Assembly (NCBI GenBank): GCA_951406725.2
Contig: OX597835.1
Coordinates: forward strand, 46,438,001-46,502,000
Length of the DNA stretch: 64,000 nucleotides
Source: Octopus vulgaris
Taxonomy: Eukaryota
Direction: 5' to 3'
Under the pieces are notes generated by a model, which was not told the origin of the DNA, made no database searches, and saw nothing but the letters and a program-made list of their open reading frames with translations. This document shows, in pieces, positions 55,228 through 64,000 of the stretch (position 1 is its first letter; every line of letters starts with the position of its first letter). Both the position numbers and the translations under genes were made by a program.

Positions 55228-55460
55228 GGCGGAGAGCTGGCAGAAACGTTAGAACGCCGGGCGAAATGCGTAGCCGTATTTCGTCTGCCGTTAAGTTCTG
55301 AGTTCAAATTCCGCCGAGGTCGACTTTGCCTCTCATCCTTTCGGGGGTCGATAAATTAAGTACCAGGTACGCACTGGGGTCGATGTAATCGACTTAATCC
55401 CTTTGTCTGTTCTTGTTCGCCCCCTCTGTGTTTAGCCCCTTGTGGGTAGTAAAGAAATAG
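55228..55460 (+). mobile_element. SINE family A, full length
   Basis: Similar to 11917-12148. Confidence 0.9.
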
Positions 55461-55977
55461 AGCAGTCCTCAATATACGCCATTATTTATGTTAATTCTTT
55501 TATCTATTACTCCCATATTGAGAAAAGTGATGATAAGGTGCCACAGCCACCATTATTTTTACCTAGACACCACATCTAGAGGGGTTCGCTTCAAAAGACT
55601 CAATGGGTCCATTTACCCTTAAAAGTTTTAGTGACGCATCCTGCGCCGCATACCAACCCAGTGCTCTGGGCTCCGCAGGATTGATCATCGTCGATATTAT
55701 CATTGCTTTCCAAAGTGATATTGACTTAATTGGCCACACAACTAATGATGGAATGCTCCTCAGAGATCACTTGCTCCTAGATAGGTCTTGCTTTTCGTCC
55801 TGCAGAGATCACTCGCTCCTAGATAGGTTTTGCTTTTCGTCCTCACACACCAAGCTGTGCGGGGTTACCAGTTTAGTCGCCAACGACCCGACATTCGCGA
55901 TTCGATTTCCCGACTTCAGTTATGATGGTGGGGAAGGAATGTCACATACCTGAGTTAATATGGTACACGGACAGATG

Positions 55978-56162
55978 AAAGAAGAAGAAGAAGAAGAAGA
56001 AGAAGAAGAAGAAGAAGAAGAAGGAGGAGGAGGAGGAGGAGGAGAAGAAGAAGAAGAAGAAGAAGAAGAAGAAGGAGGAGGAGGAGGAGGAGGAGGAGGA
56101 AGAAGAAGAAGAAGAAGAAGAAGAAGAAGAAGAAGAAGAAGAAGAAGAAGAAGAAGAAGAAG
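55978..56162 (+). repeat. Compound (GAA)n/(GGA)n polypurine tract
   Basis: Direct inspection. Confidence 0.95.
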
Positions 56163-57224
56163 ATCCCAACTATCTTCTGTAGCCACGAATACGATATATT
56201 CGACAGAAATTGCCTTCTTGTATTAAAATCAGGGGAAACCAAATATGACGGGAATATAAGATATTCAAATGACATACCTTTAATAAAAAATTAAAAAAAC
56301 AAATAACGGCACACCGTTATCATGTTAACCGCCGCGTGTTCCACGGGCAGTTCATCTCAAACTTCACACAACACCAGTGGTACTTTTCATAATTTGAGAA
56401 AATATCTTATTCTGCATCTTTGACATGTTTTCGATGATATTTAAATAATATGAGTGATAAATATTAAAGTTTAATTATGAAATATTGTAAAAATACAAAA
56501 AAAAAACCAAATTACATTTCCTTGTAAATAAAGAGTATGCAGTGTGATTGCGAAATATGAGGCGCCCCCGGTAAGTTCGAGTAACGGGCCGTGGCGGCTA
56601 ACGTGATAGCAATAGAACTTGCGTCAATTTTCGGAAAATGTTGCTTTCTGTACTTAATTACTCGTAAAGTCCCTGAATTACCGGGAGAGAATATCCAAAT
56701 GGTCAATACGAGAATGCCATTAGGTGGTTGAAGGGGCTTCCCTCATCGTGGCCAGCGGTGAAATGGAGGTGGAAAGGATTTGTTCGCGGTATCAACAACT
56801 GCAATAGTCCTCATTTTTCAGAGCCCCAAAAATCACAATTCTGGAGGCAGCGAAAGAAATCTGTCTGTGCCCCCTCCCGGAAACCAACGACAAAATACCC
56901 TGCCTCCTATTATAATCATCATTGTTGTCTACATCATCTTTGATGAAGCGGGTGATAATAACTGGAAATATTTAAGAAATTGTTAAAGGAAAAGGAAGCG
57001 ACCACTCCCATCCAAAAGTGAAAGGAAGGCGGAAGACAACAAGAAGGGAGAGAAAGGAACACATCTTCACGGTGACTATGATGATGACGAAGACGAAATG
57101 AGATTCACAGTTCTAAGAAAGACTGACCAATGTCTCATAAATAGAACAACGAAGCTGTAATGTGGCGGAAATTGCCCGGTTGTATTAATCACAGGGATCC
57201 CCGGAATATGAGATAATCAAATAA

Positions 57225-57443
57225 GGCGGTGAGCTGGGAGAATCGTTAACGCGATGGACAAAATGCTAAGCTATATTTCGTCCGTCTTGACGTTCTGAGT
57301 TCAAATTCCGACGAGGTCGACTTTGCCTTTCATCCTTTCGGAGTCGATAAAATAAGTAGCAGTTGAGCAACTGGGTCGATGTAATCGACAACCCCACTTT
57401 CCCCGAAATTTCAGACCCCGTACTTATAGTGGAAAAGAATAAT
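57225..57443 (+). mobile_element. SINE family A, short-tail variant
   Basis: Head and central domain as family A; tail CCCCGAAATTTCAG...ATAGTGGAAAAGAAT. Confidence 0.8.
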
Positions 57444-58710
57444 GAGATATTCAAATGACATACCTTTAGTAAAAATAAAAAGACACCATCATCACCTGTT
57501 ATTGCAAGTTTATACAGAGGAAGGAAGTAACTTATTTCTTGTCTCATCCCACAAAGAAAATGTTGAGGAACTCCTTTTCCGTGTATCAGATTCCAGCACG
57601 AGCACTAAAGATGTGGGGAGCTGAGTCCGATCTAACTAGTGGCTTCTGAACATGTCTGGGTAGACTACCCTAAATATATTTCCCTATGTGCTTTTAGAAA
57701 CGAGAAAAAAAACCTTGATTGAATTATGTTTTTTCTTAAATACATTATTTGTAATTTCCATAAATCTTTCGACTCCTCCCTAAATATCGTGTGACGTATT
57801 TTCTTTCAATCTTATATAACGTATTTATCTCTCCTCACACGTCATTCTAAGTCACTTTAAAAACTTTCCATTTTATACGCATGAATAAATTGTATAAAAT
57901 TGACGTCAATGACGAAATAAAAGAAACGATAAGTTATCATCATCATCATCATCCTCATCATCATCATTACTATTATTATTATTATTGACTCCAGACTTGT
58001 TCAAACGCGCTTGAACTTGCTCTGATTCTGGATGTATTTCAAGCAACTGAAAAAAAAAAACAATAATTTTAATTTTTAATAATATTTTGTAAAAGGGTCT
58101 TATTGAACTTTATGGATTGACTACCCCATACTGAGGTAAAGAAGCAAGGTTGAATTTTTTAATAATTCAGTGTTATTTCGCAGCATAATTTCCTGTCAAT
58201 AACGTGGAAACCGCCCACACTAATGAATAGCATAGATCGGAGCAAGAAATGTCAATCAAATAATAATAATAATAATAATAATAACAACAACAACAACAGC
58301 AGCAACAACAACAATAACAATAATAATAATAAGAGAGATACATAGACTATCTAATTGCAGAAAATGAAAGAAGCACACATTTCTGTGAATAACGGCCACT
58401 TTGTAATCAGCACACACAGAGATTCGCGTTCACATGCACACATATTCAAGTTCACACGCGCACACGTACATGTTCACACGCACACAATCACACACACACA
58501 CACATCATCATCATCATCATCATCATCATCAACTCACAAGGTCTAATAGAAAGATCCACAAGATGAGACGATTCACTGGGAAAACACCTGCTTCGTAAAA
58601 CATGATACTTCTCTACTAGGCCTTGTCAAAACCGCAGCACGTTTATTTCTGCTTTCCAAAATTAAATTTGCAGTACCCTCGGAGTTCTGTAGAACGAGCT
58701 TATTCGTATC

Positions 58711-58761
<51 letters not shown>

Positions 58762-59049
58762 CATATTGTATGATGTGCAGTGTTTTTACAAATTTAAGAC
58801 GGGGTTAGTAGCATAGTGCGAGACACACGCATCTGATTCCACTTCTCACTTTCACAACGCAATACAGGCAGGGGTTCAACGTCAATGTGGTCTTCATTCA
58901 AATGTGGTTCAGTTGGATCCTTATGAATATAAGGTGACAAAGTGATCCCATAGATGTGTTCTGATCAGTCAATGAACATAGCCCAGATATTACGTATAGG
59001 ACAGTAAAATCAATCTGGGAGATGGGAAGTGCCTGCAACTATTTGCAGA

Positions 59050-61003
59050 CCCTCACTGACCAGGGAATTTGATGGTGTTAATGTTCCGTTTAAACTATTT
59101 CAGATGATCTTCTGCAGGAAAGATTTGATCAGGTTGGAGATTCTAGGGGTATGATAGCCAGGGTAAGAAATACTGGGTTTAGTGTTTAGCTTGAAGGCGA
59201 GAACTGAAAGTAACATGAATGATGAATAGTAGAGAATTGAACTGGGTTACAGTACTTAAGCAACAAAGGTATCAGAACAGCTAGTTCAAAGAATAGGCCA
59301 TTAGATTAAGGGCTGTAAAAACAGAGAGATGAGACAGCATAGATGTGAGCCAGAGGCTGGAGATGTCTGTTAATTATTGAATATCTGTTTCTTTACTACC
59401 CACAAGGGGCTAAACACAGAGGGGACAAACAAGGACAGACAAACGGATTAAGTGTGTAACTGGTACTTAATTTATCGATCCCGAAAGGATGAAAGGCAAA
59501 GTCGACCTCGGCGGAATTTGAACTCAGAACGTAACGGCAGCCGAAATACTGCTAAGCATTCCGGCCGGCGTGCTAACGTTTCTGCCAGCTCGCCGCCTTA
59601 TTTATTGAATATCAATCAGTCGAGTAATCTTCTCTGGATGCAGTCTTGAATGTCTGTGTTTGGGGTAGCAGGACCTTCCCTGGTGTGAGAACAGTACTTC
59701 AATGTGATCCTCAATTAAGTTTCGTAGAATGTCAGCAGCTTCAAGGCCCTGAAGAAAAAAGGCTGGTCTTTTGGGATACTCTCCTGGCTACGCTAACGGT
59801 TGTGCTGTCATCTAGGAAGATCCTCAGTGATATTGGTCTCACATTTTGGCATTAAGCCAGCAGCTCCGGGGTCGAGTAACGTCAACTATTTCCATCCCAG
59901 TACTCAAAAAGATGAAATGCAAGGTCGACATCGGCGGAATTTGAACTCAGGACGTAGCGACAGACTAGATGCCGCAAAGCATTTTCCCGGAGTGCTAACA
60001 ATTCTGCCAGCTCGCCGTCTTAAAAATCCCCAATGATATTTGTGGCGACTAAGAGGGCTCTGTCTTGGTACTGTTTATGTTTAAGCTGGTGTTTTCTTCA
60101 CACATGCAGTACGTGAAGGATTTTCGTTGTGAAAAGAGATAATAGTGTCACAGCCTGGCAGAAGGATGCTCTCGAGGCTTAACTTTTATGGAATCAGCGA
60201 TGGTTTGGTGCGTGGTGCTTCGATTGTGTGTGAATGATGCACGTTTTGAGCAAGTCAGGGAAGAATGAAGTGTTATGTCACCTGTTTGGAAACGGATTTT
60301 TGTTGGATGCAGCGGAAAGTGTATGGTTTTAGCATTCATTGATCTAAAGAAGAAACGGTAACAAAACTGAACCCTCAAGAATACCGGAGTTGATAAAGAG
60401 TGGGGCAAAGTGAGGGCAATTAACACAGGCCATGATAATGCGATCATATAAATAGTCAGTGTTTCAAGAGATAAATCGAAGGAACCTCGGACATGGGAGA
60501 TTTTATTGATGGGTTGAATGCCAGAGAGAGTTGAAGGATTTGCTGATGCCTAGAGCAACAATATTTGTTCCTTCTTAAGCCATGCCTGGCTCATAAGGGC
60601 CGGTTTCCCGGTTTCCTTGGCGTATAAGGTTCCCCACCTGAACGGGACGCCGTCGCAGGTGAGCTGCAAGATGCAAGAGGAAAGAGTCCGCTGCTCTAAC
60701 CACTAGGCCATGTGCCTCCAATATAGCCTTAATGAAATCCTTGCGAGAGATCACCGCTGAGTAGCATAAGAGAGTAGATCTTCCGTGGTAGAGTAACCTA
60801 AGAGAGTAGATCTGGCTCTTCGTAAGCGGTTCCGGTGATCACTGAGCGGAGAGCAAACCAAAATGTTGGAAGGAACGAACCAAGCTGTTTCTATAACCTT
60901 AGTTGTGTTAGAAGTGAGAGCAATAAGACGTTAGTTGACTGGGTCAGGCGAGTAATTCATCTTTGGAATGGGACACACTGATGCGTTTTTCCAAATGGAA
61001 CCG
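59050..61003 (-). mobile_element. Degraded CR1/Jockey-group LINE RT relic with three SINE insertions (59383-59598, ~59850-60020, 60570-60720)
   Basis: WKNASVCPIPK...DPVN*RLIALTS..TKVIE, R.ARST, INSGILEGSVL, DITLHSS, LKYCSH and FKRNIN remnants appear in the expected order. Confidence 0.7.
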
Positions 61004-61425
61004 TATCACATTTACATATTACATACAAAACAAACCGCTGGTGAGAATTCACTGGTGAAGGAGGAAAAAGGAAAAAGAAACAGAAAAAATATTTAAGTTT
61101 TCAGGTGCTATTATAAATCTTTGACCTTTTATCAGTTTCTACATCAATATATCAGGAATACAGAAAGGCGACGAGCTGGCAGAATCGGTAGCACGCCGGG
61201 CAAAATGCTTAGCGGTATTTCGTCGGTCTTCGCGTTCTGAGTTCAAATGCTGTCGGGGTCGATGAAATAAGTACCAGTTGTGTACTGGGGTTGATGTAAT
61301 CGATTTATCCCCTCCTCTTAATTGTTGGCCTTGTGCCAAAATTTTTAAGTATGTACACGGGTACATATTAATTTATTTTCTTTCTTATACACACACACAC
61401 ACGCACGCGCACACATACACACACA

Positions 61426-61518
<93 letters not shown>

Positions 61519-61529
61519 ATATATATATC

Positions 61530-61865
61530 TGAGACTCCCTTCGGTCACGACACAGACCATGAGATTGCACCTAGAAAGTTCCCTTCTGGGGCATAAGTCC
61601 GGGCAAGGTTGTTTATGGAAGACCAGCAGTCGCCCAAGCACACCGGCCTCCCTTCTCTACGGCACCAGTGTTATCCAAGAGAAAGGCAAAGGGGCAGATA
61701 CAACTTGGCACCTGTGACATCGCAACTCATTTCTACAACTGAGTGAACTGGAGCAACGTGAAATAAAGTGTCTTGCTCAAGAACACAGCACGCAGCCCGG
61801 TCCGGGATTCGAGCTCACAACCTCACGATCGTAAGCTCGACGCTCTAACCACTGGGTCATGCGCC

Positions 61866-61869
<4 letters not shown>
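61530..61869 (-). mobile_element. SINE family C, full length
   Basis: Reverse complement of 17853-18170 with an intact tRNA-like head. Confidence 0.85.
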
Positions 61870-61927
<58 letters not shown>

Positions 61928-62150
61928 CTCTTTACTCTTTTACTCTTTTGCTTTAAATGCGGCCGTGCTGGAGCACCGCCTTTAGTCGAAGAAATGGACC
62001 CCAGGACTTATTCTCTGTAAGCCAACTACTTATTCTATCGGTTACTTGTGCCGAACCGCTAAGTTACAGGGACGTAAACCCACCAACAGCGGTTGTCAAG
62101 CGATGGAAGGGAACAAACACAAGACACACAAATACATACATACATACACG

Positions 62151-62249
<99 letters not shown>

Positions 62250-62282
62250 GTATATATATATATATATCTACATATATATATA

Positions 62283-62315
<33 letters not shown>

Positions 62316-62385
62316 GTACTCGACGGGCTTCTTTCAGTTTCTGTCAACCAAATCTACTCACAAGGCTTTGGTCAGCCCGAGGTAT
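61928..62385 (-). mobile_element. SINE family B, 5' truncated
   Basis: Similar to 4875-5350. Confidence 0.8.
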
Positions 62386-62769
62386 AGTACAAGGCTTTTA
62401 GATAGACAAAATAACAGAAAAATGCCTGGGTTTTCTTGCTTAAATCGTTAATTGAATCGGCATACAAGTTAAGGCCCATAAAACACTAGTAAAGATCACA
62501 GCTATAAAACACTATTGCTGATGAAAACTGATAACCAGCCAATAACGAATTAAATGTCATTATGACGCCCACAGATAAAAAATGCCTTTTCTCCTTTTTC
62601 TATTCCTTTTTCTTCCTTGGCCAGTTAATTCTAACCGATGGTTTGTTTTGCTTGTAATATACACATGTGATCCTATAACCACACCCAATTCAGGATACGT
62701 ATAAATTATATATGTATATATTATGTATATATATGTATTCATATATATATATATCTACATATATATATA

Positions 62770-62804
<35 letters not shown>

Positions 62805-63186
62805 GTACTCGACGGGCTTCTTTCAGTTTCTGTCAACCAAATCTACTCACAAGGCTTTGGTCAGCCCGAGGTATAGTACAAGGCTTTTAGATAGACAAAA
62901 TAACAGAAAAATGCCTTGGTTTTCTTGCTTAAATCGTTAATTGAATCGGCATACAAGTTAAGGCCCATAAAACATTTGTAAAGAACACAGCTATAAAACA
63001 CTATTGCTGATGAAAACTGATAACCAGCCAATAACTTATTATGACGCCCACAGATAAAAATGCCTTTTCTCACTCTTTTTCTATTCCTTTTTCTTCCTTG
63101 GCCAGTTAATTCTGACCGACGGTTTGTTTTGCTTGCAATGCAAAAATGTGATCCTATAACCACACCCAATTCAGGATACGTATAAA
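62260..63186 (+). repeat. Local tandem duplication, two units of ~440 bp spaced ~490 bp apart
   Basis: 62260-62705 closely matches 62750-63186, with scattered substitutions and small indels. Confidence 0.9.
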
Positions 63187-63409
63187 TTTTAGATAATTTG
63201 AGGTGATTCAGCAAATTACTCTGGTGTGACTGAGTCATGTGTCGTTTGAATAGCACCAGCAGAATAACCTGTTGTTGCATACATTACTGTATGATATGGC
63301 CAAATCGAAGAGATCGAATTCAGACGAAACAATTGTAAATCAGTGTTTAAAAAAAAATTGCACACTTGATTTTTCTTGTTTATATATATAAATTGCACTT
63401 CATATTCGA

Positions 63410-63490
63410 GGCTCTGATGAAGCTATACGGCGTTACTTAGCCACTCAAATACGAATACACTGCATCTTATTGCAGAAACGGCTGTAAGCT
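63410..63490 (+). ncRNA. Type-I hammerhead ribozyme motif, weak helix II
   Basis: GGCT-CTGATGA-AGCTATA...TATTGCA-GAAAC-GGCT-GTA-AGCT. Confidence 0.55.
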
Positions 63491-64000
63491 GATGAAGTTC
63501 ATAAGATAATTGCCTTCACCGGACAGCAGTCATGTGGTGTTGTTCTTTCTCGACCTTTCTTTGACCAGACTGGTCATGCTGGTCTGGGCTCCTAATACGT
63601 TCATTAGGACTTACTTCATTTCATCTTCGCAAAACCCCACTAAGTTCGTTCGATAGCTGCAAAGCTCTTTCGGTTGTATTTCTGTTATATATATAATAAC
63701 TACTTTTTCTTCAGTTGTATATAGCCGTAAGGCTTCGTGCTGTATTCATATAATGACTTGTTTGTTTCTGTCTTAGTACACATTCGCTAACTTTTTCCCA
63801 GTAGCTTAATAACAGCACTGGAACCTCAAAATTTGATTGGTCTTAATATTAATGGCGCGAAACCACTATGACATTTCGGGTCATTGGCTGACGAAGAAGA
63901 CTCAGCTGCGAATATTCCGTGTATTGTGTCTTCGACTAAATTTCCTGTTTTCGTGTAGTTCCCGTATCAACCCTTGATATTTTACTCTCTTTTCTCTCTC

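Noticed and set aside
62515-62550. CTGATGA...CAGCCAATAAC hammerhead-like motif (also at ~63005)
   Set aside because: No GAAA and only partial helix II.
63530-64000. Possible LINE remnant on the minus strand
   Set aside because: Only faint motif similarity; too degraded to call.

Overview
AT-rich, microsatellite-saturated animal genomic DNA. The SINE families and repeat landscape point to a coleoid cephalopod, probably Octopus; this is an inference. There is one clear host gene: a minus-strand two-pore-domain (K2P, TWK/KCNK18-like) potassium channel. It has two coding exons (40900-40501 and 16657-15732, 441 aa) split by a 23.8-kb phase-1 intron inside the first TIGYG filter. The rest is mobile DNA: at least five tRNA-derived SINE families, a decayed Penelope-like element, a DD36E Tc1 relic, mariner and pogo/Tigger fragments, RTE, R4, Hero and CR1/Jockey-group LINE relics, non-autonomous Helitrons and foldback elements. 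Three structures stand out. (i) About a dozen minimal type-I hammerhead ribozyme motifs are scattered through the window, several in the sense orientation of the channel intron. (ii) One composite element joins a tRNA-derived Pol III head, an (AAT)n spacer and a hammerhead-bearing Penelope-type tail. (iii) SINE concatemers share one fixed, quasi-palindromic junction at three separate loci. All calls were made by eye; no database search or folding computation was run.
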